A stretch of DNA of 45,829 bases from a virus. The position numbers and the translations under genes were made by a program. Position 1 is the stretch's first letter. The number at the start of each line of letters is the position of its first letter. The notes beneath the pieces were generated by a model. The model searched no databases, was not told the origin of the DNA, and was given only the letters and a program-made list of their open reading frames with translations. Positions 1 through 6,482 of the stretch are shown in pieces. The DNA lies in the IMG/VR virus record IMGVR_UViG_3300045988_073964, positions 1 to 45,829 of that record, one strand, 5' to 3'.

Positions 1-119
1 ATAACGCAAAAAGCGGACTGGTACTATGTCATGAATATGCTCTACTCCGACTACTCCGAGATTTACGGCAGCGACATTAATATGTATATCCGTGTAGCAA
101 AAGCCTATATGCGCGACCC
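1..119. repeat. Terminal direct repeat, identical to 45711..45829 (circular-contig overlap or terminal redundancy)
   Basis: Read base by base: 'ataacgcaaaaagcggactgg...gcgcgaccc' occurs at both ends of the window. Confidence 0.97.
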
Positions 120-174
120 CGACGCACCGGAAGGCAAGGTATTTGACTTGTGGCTTGCGCAGATGGAAGCATAA
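1..174 (+). CDS. 3' part of the wrap-around gene that starts at 45432 (conserved phage protein, unknown function)
   Basis: Position 1 (=45711) is codon-phase 0 of the ORF opened at 45432. It reads ITQKADWYYVMNMLYSDYSEIYGSDINMYIRVAKAYMRDPDAPEGKVFDLWLAQMEA and stops at TAA 172..174. Confidence 0.75.
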   Translation: MTQKADWYYVMNMLYSDYSEIYGSDINMYIRVAKAYMRDPDAPEGKVFDLWLAQMEA

Positions 175-216
175 ATGTAAACTATAAGGGCGCTGTGCGT
201 GCGTGAAAAATACAAC

Positions 217-238
217 GTATAAGTAACGCATAAGTAAC
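217..238. repeat. Two 11-bp-phased copies of (A)TAAGTAAC, a putative integrase arm-type site (P arm)
   Basis: 'gtataagtaac gcataagtaac' read directly. The same core is repeated at 424..467. Confidence 0.5.
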
Positions 239-241
239 AAA

Positions 242-273
242 AACGCCTAGAATCCGCATGAATCCTAGGCGTT
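242..273. other. Perfect 9-bp inverted repeat (aacgcctag / ctaggcgtt) with a 14-nt spacer; candidate attP core or hairpin
   Basis: Read directly. It lies between the two TAAGTAAC repeat clusters, and no T-run follows it. Confidence 0.35.
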
Positions 274-339
274 CAGTTCTGCAAGCGTTAACCAAACGTT
301 AATCGTTTTCAACGGGAACAAACAATCACAAAGTCGCTG

Positions 340-375
340 AATCCCTGCAACTGCAACGGTTGTGGGGATTTTTTA
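340..375 (+). terminator. Rho-independent terminator closing the late/terminal operon
   Basis: Stem aatccc..(caac/gttg)..gggatt followed by TTTTT. Confidence 0.6.
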
Positions 376-423
376 TATTATAAATTCGTCTGTAAATTGT
401 CCACCGTTCGTGGAAAATCACTA

Positions 424-467
424 GCGTAAGTAACAAGTAAGTAACGAGTAAGCAACAAGTAAGTAAC
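424..467. repeat. Four tandem 11-bp repeats NAGTAAG(T/C)AAC, a putative integrase arm-type site (P' arm)
   Basis: 'cgtaagtaac aagtaagtaac gagtaagcaac aagtaagtaac', immediately before the integrase stop codon (471). Confidence 0.5.
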
Positions 468-470
468 AAA

Positions 471-1571
471 TTAAATTTTGTTGATGGCTTCAAGCAGCTG
501 CTCAACGGTCTTGTGAGTGTAAACCTTTTCCGTCACATCGCTGCTCGCGTGGCCGAGAATCAATTTTTTTATCTTAGCATTTGTATCGTGATTGTCAAGC
601 ATGGTTGCGCAGGTGTGGCGGCCGTCGTGCGGCAGATGTTGCATATCTAATTCTTCCATTGCAACGTCCCATATATTGACTCTGTACCAGTCGTAATTGA
701 CAGGCCCGCCGTCCTCGTTGCTATATAAGTTGTCGCCTGTACTGTAATCGTAAGCGGCACGAACAAACGGCAGAATCTTATCTGCTAGAGGAATGATACG
801 GTTCTTGCCTGCGTCTGTTTTTATGCCGCCAAAGAACGTCTTTTGTTGAAAATCTACATCAGTCTTTTTGATTTCGCAAAGCTCCGTCGGGCGCAGACCA
901 GTATAGCAAAGTATAAGCACAGACTGTACATTGAAGTCGTGACTGTATCGCCACAGCTTCTCCATTTCTTCTGCGGTAAAAGGCTTATGCTTTTTGCTCT
1001 TAGGCTGCGGCGGCAGCTTCGCAAGTTCAACATAGTTCTTCTGTGCAATGTCGTTTGCAAGCGCGTATTTTGTTATCAGGTTGCAGACTATGCGGATAGC
1101 TTTCTTGCTGGCATAGCCTTTATCACAATCGTTTATAAGCTTCTGAAAGTCTGCGGTCTTTAATTCCGCAAAGGGAACGTTCCATATAGGCTCACAACGC
1201 GCGTAGGCTGCCTTGTATTGGTTAGATTGTTCTTTGCCGTCAACATAGGTTGCCGTCTCCCATCTGTCGTGTACCTGAGCAAATGTGAGCTTCATAGCGT
1301 CAACGTCGATGTGCTTGCCGCCGAGTGTCGCCAGGAACGCAAGTGCTTCTGTCCGCTTGGCGAAATAAGCAATAGGCTTTTGTATCTGCCTGCCCTCTGC
1401 GTCATAGCCGGTAGTTTTCCTGACCATAAACGGCCTGCGCCTGTTGCCGGATAGTTTTGTTATTGAGCCATAGCTGTTAGGTAATTTCAAATTATTCACA
1501 CTCCCTGTGTATAAACTGTGTATAGTGACTAACTGTACCGTCCACGCTCTTATTATTAACAGATTCGCCAT
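471..1571 (-). CDS. int: Tyrosine recombinase / phage integrase
   Basis: Motifs LRPTEL, HDGRHT and LGHASSDVTEKVYTH (R..HxxR..Y). N-terminal KLPNSYGSITKLSGNRRRPF is typical of phage integrases. The true start is probably TTG at 1490, which has GGGAG 9 nt upstream; the ATG at 1571 has no SD. Confidence 0.9.
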   Translation of the reverse strand: MANLLIIRAWTVQLVTIHSLYTGSVNNLKLPNSYGSITKLSGNRRRPFMVRKTTGYDAEGRQIQKPIAYFAKRTEALAFLATLGGKHIDVDAMKLTFAQVHDRWETATYVDGKEQSNQYKAAYARCEPIWNVPFAELKTADFQKLINDCDKGYASKKAIRIVCNLITKYALANDIAQKNYVELAKLPPQPKSKKHKPFTAEEMEKLWRYSHDFNVQSVLILCYTGLRPTELCEIKKTDVDFQQKTFFGGIKTDAGKNRIIPLADKILPFVRAAYDYSTGDNLYSNEDGGPVNYDWYRVNIWDVAMEELDMQHLPHDGRHTCATMLDNHDTNAKIKKLILGHASSDVTEKVYTHKTVEQLLEAINKI

Positions 1572-1754
1572 ATGGAAAATGATATAATAAAGACGTGGTT
1601 AAAAGGTTGGATACTCGTGTAAACGACAATCCCTAAAAAGTCCTAGCGGTGTCACGGCCGCTAGGCATCTGCCTAAAACCTACGAGAATTGTTGCTAACC
1701 AAAAGCGTTTTCAGTGTCACCTCCTTTCAAAGAATTAGAATAACAAGTTCGGAC

Positions 1755-1794
1755 GAAACAACCCCCACGCCTGGCATAACGTGGGGGTTGTTTC
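1755..1794 (-). terminator. 15-bp perfect hairpin terminator after the membrane-protein gene
   Basis: gaaacaacccccacg / cgtgggggttgtttc with a 10-nt loop, directly downstream of the stop at 1802. Confidence 0.6.
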
Positions 1795-1801
1795 TTTATA
1801 A

Positions 1802-2188
1802 TCAATAGCATTTTTTATGGTATAATTTTTCAGCGTACTCATAGTACATTGAATTGATGATAAAAATAACAGCCACGACAGCATCTATTATTTGCCAATC
1901 GCTTCGAGTAAGGCCAATATACTTAGAAAACAGAAGAAATATAGCTACGTGTAGTATTACCATTTTAAAATTATCAATTTTCCAATATTTCACACAAGCA
2001 TATATAGCATAAAACCATACTGACATTTTCATACAGTTATACGCCCCTCTATCCGGCAAGCCTACAATAGATGTAAATAGCAAGAGAATAGCCATATACC
2101 AAGAGAGCATTTTAAAATCTCCATCATAAGATTTCACTATCCAAAGCGGAATAGCAAACATAATTAAAATAGCAAGTAAAGCAAGCAT
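1802..2188 (-). CDS. Multi-pass membrane protein (lysogeny-module moron; possible superinfection exclusion)
   Basis: 128 aa with about 4 hydrophobic segments. The gene is strikingly AT-rich relative to its neighbours. SD 'aaaggga' lies before the ATG. Confidence 0.7.
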   Translation of the reverse strand: MLALLAILIMFAIPLWIVKSYDGDFKMLSWYMAILLLFTSIVGLPDRGAYNCMKMSVWFYAIYACVKYWKIDNFKMVILHVAIFLLFSKYIGLTRSDWQIIDAVVAVIFIINSMYYEYAEKLYHKKCY

Positions 2189-2226
2189 TATATTTCCCTT
2201 TCTTGATTAGTTTCCTCTGGGCAGTT

Positions 2227-2319
2227 TTACGCTGCCCACGCCGCGCCTCTTGATAATGGCATAGCGCATAATGTTGAATAGAAGTTCTTGACGCATAGGC
2301 AGTAGTTGCGTTCTGCCAT
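2227..2319 (-). CDS. Possible 30-aa leader peptide (MAERNYCLCVKNFYSTLCAMPLSRGAAWAA)
   Basis: GGGGGTGG SD 6 nt before the ATG at 2319. It sits downstream of the predicted promoter at 2352..2380, and its stop codon lies inside the hairpin tgggcag/ctgccca. Confidence 0.25.
   Translation of the reverse strand: MAERNYCLCVKNFYSTLCAMPLSRGAAWAA
2284..2298. repeat. 15-bp direct repeat gttcttgacgcatag (copy 1)
   Basis: Identical 15-mer at 2447..2461. The TTGACGCA core also occurs at the rightward promoter -35 (3157). Confidence 0.8.
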
Positions 2320-2351
2320 GTTGACCACCCCCTTCGTGTTTATCTGATTTA

Positions 2352-2380
2352 ATAATAGCACCTTCTCACAAAATGCACAA
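2352..2380 (-). promoter_or_regulatory. Sigma70-like promoter for the moron operon
   Basis: On the minus strand: TTGTGC, 17 nt, TATTAT. Confidence 0.35.
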
Positions 2381-2446
2381 GTTATTTTTAAAAAAGTCGC
2401 ACACGCACTTGCGCAACGCAGGACGATTCTAGTATACTTTAAGTAG

Positions 2447-2461
2447 GTTCTTGACGCATAG
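2447..2461. repeat. 15-bp direct repeat gttcttgacgcatag (copy 2)
   Basis: Identical to 2284..2298. Confidence 0.8.
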
Positions 2462-2490
2462 ACTCCGCTATATTGATGAGGGGAATAACT

Positions 2491-2601
2491 ATGCAAAATT
2501 TATTAAACGCCATACTTCAACTATTGCAAGAGATAGAGGACGAGAAAACGCTATCCATCATTTACAGTTTTGTCCTTGGTCTGACGCAACAAGATGAGTA
2601 G
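2491..2601 (+). CDS. Small hypothetical protein (36 aa), convergent with the repressor gene
   Basis: SD 'gagggg' 8 nt upstream. MQNLLNAILQLLQEIEDEKTLSIIYSFVLGLTQQDE. It ends before the bidirectional terminator. Confidence 0.3.
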   Translation: MQNLLNAILQLLQEIEDEKTLSIIYSFVLGLTQQDE

Positions 2602-2637
2602 GCAACTTCATTTGCTGCGCTGAGCTGAACAGTGTAG

Positions 2638-2677
2638 CAAAAATCCCGTAACCGTTATGGTTACGGGATTTTTTTAT
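2638..2677. terminator. Bidirectional rho-independent terminator
   Basis: 13-bp perfect stem aaatcccgtaacc/ggttacgggattt flanked by an A-run and a T-run. Confidence 0.8.
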
Positions 2678-2684
2678 TTGCCTG

Positions 2685-3053
2685 TTATTTGCCGGACTTC
2701 GCTAGGTTGTGAACAAAATCTTCAAATAAAGTTTTCATTTCGGGCGGCAGTTTGAGATATTCCAAAAATAGATTCTTGGTAAACTCATCATCTGTCTTTA
2801 GCAGCTTGCCAACTTGCAGTGCTAATTCTTCGTTGGTCGTGTTCCTGGCACGGAACATATTTCCTTCGCCAGTACGTAGCCAATCTTCATTAACATAGAA
2901 CACACGGCAAATATCACGAATTGACCTATCAGTTATATTGTAAGTACCGTTTTCATAGTTGGCAAGCGTGGACCGTCCTATTTGCATTTTCTCTGCGAAC
3001 TCCTGCTGATTTAGTTTTAAAGCTTTGCGCAATAGCTTTAAACGCTCATTCAT
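2685..3053 (-). CDS. Xre/CI-type HTH repressor
   Basis: LKLLRKALKLNQQEFAEKMQIGRSTLANYENG is a classic HTH_3 motif. The gene sits next to int and is divergent from the early operon. Confidence 0.85.
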   Translation of the reverse strand: MNERLKLLRKALKLNQQEFAEKMQIGRSTLANYENGTYNITDRSIRDICRVFYVNEDWLRTGEGNMFRARNTTNEELALQVGKLLKTDDEFTKNLFLEYLKLPPEMKTLFEDFVHNLAKSGK

Positions 3054-3098
3054 TACAAACCACTCCTTTCTAGTGTTGCCACCAAATATTACGTGCTT

Positions 3099-3127
3099 AT
3101 TTTAACATATAAAGAAAAAAAGTACAA
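3099..3127 (-). promoter_or_regulatory. Leftward (repressor) promoter
   Basis: On the minus strand: TTGTAC, 17 nt, TAAAAT. Confidence 0.45.
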
Positions 3128-3156
3128 GAAAAATGTTTGAAATAAGAAAATACATA

Positions 3157-3185
3157 TTGACGCAAACAGAAGAAGAGAGTATAAT
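3157..3185 (+). promoter_or_regulatory. Rightward early promoter (PR-like)
   Basis: TTGACG, 17 nt, TATAAT, read directly. It is back-to-back with the leftward promoter. Confidence 0.6.
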
Positions 3186-3281
3186 AAAACCATGATATGT
3201 TTGATGCAAGCTATAAAAGTTTGGATGAAACAAATTGCTGTATACTGTTTCTTGTATCTTACAAAAAAGGGGGTGCTTACC

Positions 3282-3404
3282 GTGGAATTTTTTCAATCTA
3301 ACTTTTTCCAGATATTCGTTCTTGTAACCAGCGGATTATTTTGTGGTTTCGCCCTGGTTCTGGTCTTTGCGTTCGTCGTTGGACTCGCTCGAGAATTGCT
3401 TTAA
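3282..3404 (+). CDS. Small hydrophobic protein (40 aa from the GTG; the ORF is open from ATG 3192)
   Basis: AAGGGGG SD 7 nt before GTG 3282. VEFFQSNFFQIFVLVTSGLFCGFALVLVFAFVVGLARELL. ATG 3192 lies about 7 nt after the -10 element, so a leaderless start is possible. Confidence 0.3.
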   Translation: MEFFQSNFFQIFVLVTSGLFCGFALVLVFAFVVGLARELL

Positions 3405-3447
3405 AGTAAACGAAAGGTGCAAAAGATAATGGACACAGCAATGTACA

Positions 3448-3936
3448 TCATCGGCGTTTACAACGGGCGAGCAATGGCAGGTGAGCCTGCCACCATTGAA
3501 GAGTGTATTGCCACCATGTTAGCAATGGTTTTTCTTCTTCTTTTTTTAGAGCTTCCCAGATTTTTTGAAGTTCGGAAAGAGCAGCGTCAAAGGATGTTGC
3601 GTCGGGAAGAAGAGGAGACAAAACGCCAACGCTTGAAAAATCGTCTTGATGGCTTTGAAGCTTGGCGAAATCGTAAACTAGCTGAGGAAAAAATTCAGCA
3701 AGGCGAGCTTGGTTCTGCTCCCACAAGGAAGAACGCCACGGAACAAGTGGCGTGTCAGACTGAAGGTGCTCCATGTAAGAAGTGACGGCAGCTTTAAACA
3801 AAACGGCGTAAGCGCGGCGCACTTCCTGCTTGCGGTATTCTTCTCTATTTACTGTTAGCCGGTGAGTAAAGTAAGAAGCTGCAAGCGCAGGAGCAGCAGC
3901 CTTAAATATGTCTAATAAAGATTCAATAATAATCAC
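3448..3936 (-). CDS. Hypothetical protein with an N-terminal hydrophobic segment
   Basis: 162-aa ORF whose sequence looks globular. It is antisense to the 3417..3785 plus-strand ORF. The start context is poor (GTG abuts GGAG). Confidence 0.45.
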   Translation of the reverse strand: MIIIESLLDIFKAAAPALAASYFTHRLTVNREEYRKQEVRRAYAVLFKAAVTSYMEHLQSDTPLVPWRSSLWEQNQARLAEFFPQLVYDFAKLQSHQDDFSSVGVLSPLLPDATSFDAALSELQKIWEALKKEEEKPLLTWWQYTLQWWQAHLPLLARCKRR

Positions 3937-3990
3937 CTCCGTTCTATTCTTTCATTATAACACGGAGAGTAAAGGGAAGGAGTGAAGAAA

Positions 3991-4158
3991 ATGGAAGTAA
4001 AGCCAAAAGATATACTCACCGAAAAACGTGTAAAGCGCGTTGCGGTTGATATGACTAAGCTTAAAGCTGACGGCCTTGCAATGGCAGCCAGCTATATGCA
4101 GGGCCTGCAAGCTGCCATTAAGGTATATGAGCAGCAGGCTGCTGCATCCAACCAATAA
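3991..4158 (+). CDS. Small early protein (55 aa)
   Basis: GAAGGAG SD 8 nt upstream. The ORF is below the track threshold and was translated by hand: MEVKPKDILTEKRVKRVAVDMTKLKADGLAMAASYMQGLQAAIKVYEQQAAASNQ. Confidence 0.5.
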   Translation: MEVKPKDILTEKRVKRVAVDMTKLKADGLAMAASYMQGLQAAIKVYEQQAAASNQ

Positions 4159-4174
4159 GAAGGAAGGTGGAAAC

Positions 4175-4417
4175 ATGACAATGAAACGCTTAGGCGCTGG
4201 CGAGGTTTACGGCTGGCATGGCAATGATGACATTATGCTTGCTGTTGCTTGTGATAAGAAGTTCCGCGAGGAACACGAGCAGCAGGCGAGCGGCGCAATG
4301 GCACGTATGCAAGCGCGTTGTGATAACGCACTCCGTTTTCTGCCGGAAGTGCAGGCGGTACGCCAGCGTAGAGAGATGGCAGAAGCAATGCTGAAGGGAG
4401 CTGAACAAGATGATTAG
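4175..4417 (+). CDS. Hypothetical early protein (80 aa)
   Basis: SD 'aaggtgg' before ATG 4175. The N-terminal extension to 4076 in the track overlaps the preceding gene. Confidence 0.55.
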   Translation: MTMKRLGAGEVYGWHGNDDIMLAVACDKKFREEHEQQASGAMARMQARCDNALRFLPEVQAVRQRREMAEAMLKGAEQDD

Positions 4418-4616
4418 AAACATTGCGGTCCAGCAGGCCGCAGAGCTTCTCGGCAAGCGTCCGCAGTTTATCCGCATCGGCTTGCAGCAGAACCGCTTGC
4501 CTATCGGCGTAGCGATTCGCGGCAGCGGCCGTTGGAGTTACCACATCAGTCCAGGTGCCCTTGCAAATTATATGGGCGTTAGTCCGAAGGAGTTGGAGGG
4601 TATGCTGAATGGTTAA
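4410..4616 (+). CDS. Excisionase-family / MerR-like HTH DNA-binding protein
   Basis: AAELLGKRPQFIRIGLQQNRLPIGVAIRGSGRWSYHIS matches the Xis/AlpA-type winged-HTH pattern. Confidence 0.65.
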   Translation: MIRNIAVQQAAELLGKRPQFIRIGLQQNRLPIGVAIRGSGRWSYHISPGALANYMGVSPKELEGMLNG

Positions 4617-4761
4617 GAAAAGGAAATGCGCTGTGTGCGGCAAGGACTTGTCGCATATGAACTACTCTAAAGTAGTAGACAAGGAAAGCGGCCAGCTCGT
4701 TACCGTGTGCAGCGGTGGCGAGTGCTGGCGAAAGATGATTATGAAAGGGTGGGGAAAATGA
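4609..4761 (+). CDS. Small CxxC...CxxxC zinc-ribbon-like protein (50 aa)
   Basis: Hand-translated: MVKKRKCAVCGKDLSHMNYSKVVDKESGQLVTVCSGGECWRKMIMKGWGK. It overlaps both neighbouring genes, consistent with translational coupling. Confidence 0.45.
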   Translation: MVKKRKCAVCGKDLSHMNYSKVVDKESGQLVTVCSGGECWRKMIMKGWGK

Positions 4762-5090
4762 GCAAGACTAAAGGCTTGATAAAAGCGTTCTTGATTACCG
4801 CTATGCTGCTTGCCGGTCTTATCTTTTTGACTGGCGGCGGTGCTGCGAAAGTGGCTGCTAAGGCTCACGGCTTTTTGTTCCCAGTCTATTCGCAGGTGAA
4901 TGTAATTCATCGCGTGGCTGACGGCGATACTCTTTATGGTATCGCCTACCAGTACTCAGACAAACAGAACAAATGGGACGACCTGCGCGGTGTTGTGTGT
5001 GACATCGAGGAAGCTAACAACCTCGGCAAAAACAGAAGCTACTTACATCCGGGACAACAAATTATTGTTCCGTTGTATAACAAAATCTAA
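4758..5090 (+). CDS. Membrane-anchored LysM-domain protein
   Basis: N-terminal TM segment (LIKAFLITAMLLAGLIFL) plus a LysM motif: HRVADGDTLYGIAYQY...LHPGQQIIVPL. Confidence 0.75.
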   Translation: MSKTKGLIKAFLITAMLLAGLIFLTGGGAAKVAAKAHGFLFPVYSQVNVIHRVADGDTLYGIAYQYSDKQNKWDDLRGVVCDIEEANNLGKNRSYLHPGQQIIVPLYNKI

Positions 5091-5118
5091 TTTTATTTTT
5101 TGAAAGGAAGATGATTTT

Positions 5119-5532
5119 ATGAACATCGAAGAAATTTTACGTATGAACACCGAAGAAATTTTACGCTTAATAATTAAAGATTTTATCCGCAATGGCGGCG
5201 TTGTGCTTGCCACTAACAACGACGGACAAACTTTCGTAGGTGCCAAAGGCTCTGTGGTGAACATCACCGAGAGTTTTACGAGAACGCTCGTTAAGCTGAG
5301 CTTGACTATTATCAAAGAAAACCCCAAGGATTTTAGAATTTTCACAGCCACTGTTATAACTCATCTGCTGGCTATTGCAGAAATTGCTGAAAGTGAGTTC
5401 GGCGTACCACAACTCTCCGAACAAACGGTGCGTCTCGTCGCGGCGGCATTGCATAATAAAGACGTGGCTCGTCATGCAGTGCTTTCTGTAAAACACATGA
5501 TGAAGGAACTGGAGGGAGGAGTAGAAGAATGA
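5119..5532 (+). CDS. Hypothetical early protein
   Basis: 137-aa ORF with an SD 'gaaaggaag'. The first 48 nt are a 24-bp tandem duplication. Confidence 0.65.
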   Translation: MNIEEILRMNTEEILRLIIKDFIRNGGVVLATNNDGQTFVGAKGSVVNITESFTRTLVKLSLTIIKENPKDFRIFTATVITHLLAIAEIAESEFGVPQLSEQTVRLVAAALHNKDVARHAVLSVKHMMKELEGGVEE

Positions 5533-6482
5533 AAGGCAAACTGATTATGACGGTTGAGCAGGCGGCTGACCGTGTGGCGTGGGAACGTGTCCGCAATGGC
5601 GGCATTGGCGGCAGTGATATTGCCTGCATCATGGGATTGAATCCGTGGAAAAGTGCTTTTGCCCTCTATGCTGAAAAGCACGGAGATGTAGAAGCAGAGG
5701 ACCTTTCCGATAACGAGTATGTTTATTGGGGTACGGTTCTGGAGCAGGCTGTAGCTGACAGATTCTGTGAGCTGACCGGCAAGAAAGTCCGCAAGTGCGG
5801 CACGCTGCAAGATGAAAGCTATGAGTTCATGCTTGCGAACGTCGATAGATTAGTAGTAGGCGAAGATGCGGGACTTGAATGCAAGACCGCCAACGGCTTT
5901 AAGGCAAGCGAGTGGGACGGTGACAACCTTCCGGACTCCTATTATTGCCAGTGCCAATGGTATATGGCTATTACTGGCTGCGAGAAGTGGTACATCGCCT
6001 GCCTTATCGGCGGTAATCATTTTGTGTGGAAAGAAATTCCGCGCAATGATGAGTTTATTGCAGATATGAGAACACAAGCTATTGTGTTCTGGAATAATCT
6101 GCAAAACAACGTAGCGCCGGAAGTCGACGGCAGCGAAAGCACAACGCAAACCGTCGACAAAATTGTCGCTAGTGTTGTCGGCGCTGATGAAATCGCGCTC
6201 GGCACACAGGCCGCGCCGTTCATTGCTCGTTATCATGAGCTTGTCAAAACAGAAAAGCTCGTGAAAGAGCAGAAGCAGCAGTGCCAAAATGCACTCGCTT
6301 TAATGCTGAACGGTGCAAAGTGCGGCACATATAATAACTACCAAGTTATTAACACGCCAGTCAAAGGCCATGAAGGCATTGACCGCAAGAAACTGATGAG
6401 AGATATGCCGGACGTATACGAGAAGTATAAGACGGTAGGTAAAGACGGTTTTAGGTTTTCCATTAAGGAGGTAAAAGAATAA
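5529..6482 (+). CDS. YqaJ-like (lambda Exo family) recombination exonuclease
   Basis: GGSDIACIMGLNPWKSAFALY and the E..D..K core, immediately upstream of recT. Confidence 0.88.
   Translation: MKGKLIMTVEQAADRVAWERVRNGGIGGSDIACIMGLNPWKSAFALYAEKHGDVEAEDLSDNEYVYWGTVLEQAVADRFCELTGKKVRKCGTLQDESYEFMLANVDRLVVGEDAGLECKTANGFKASEWDGDNLPDSYYCQCQWYMAITGCEKWYIACLIGGNHFVWKEIPRNDEFIADMRTQAIVFWNNLQNNVAPEVDGSESTTQTVDKIVASVVGADEIALGTQAAPFIARYHELVKTEKLVKEQKQQCQNALALMLNGAKCGTYNNYQVINTPVKGHEGIDRKKLMRDMPDVYEKYKTVGKDGFRFSIKEVKE

Noticed and set aside
217-467. Short phased repeats considered as a possible CRISPR array
   Set aside because: The units are only 11 bp with no spacers of 25-40 bp, and there are only 2+4 copies next to an integrase gene. 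They are much better explained as arm-type recombinase sites.
1572-1754. Possible tRNA or ncRNA in the 180-bp region upstream of int (hairpin cctagcgg/ccgctagg at about 1643-1668)
   Set aside because: No cloverleaf or T-loop (GTTCGAATC-like) consensus is present. It is more likely the int 5' leader or regulatory region, and the evidence is too weak to call a feature.
3417-3785. Plus-strand 122-aa ORF as the first early gene
   Set aside because: I did not list it as a feature because the overlapping minus-strand ORF looks more protein-like. It is kept as an open question in the findings rather than fully dismissed.
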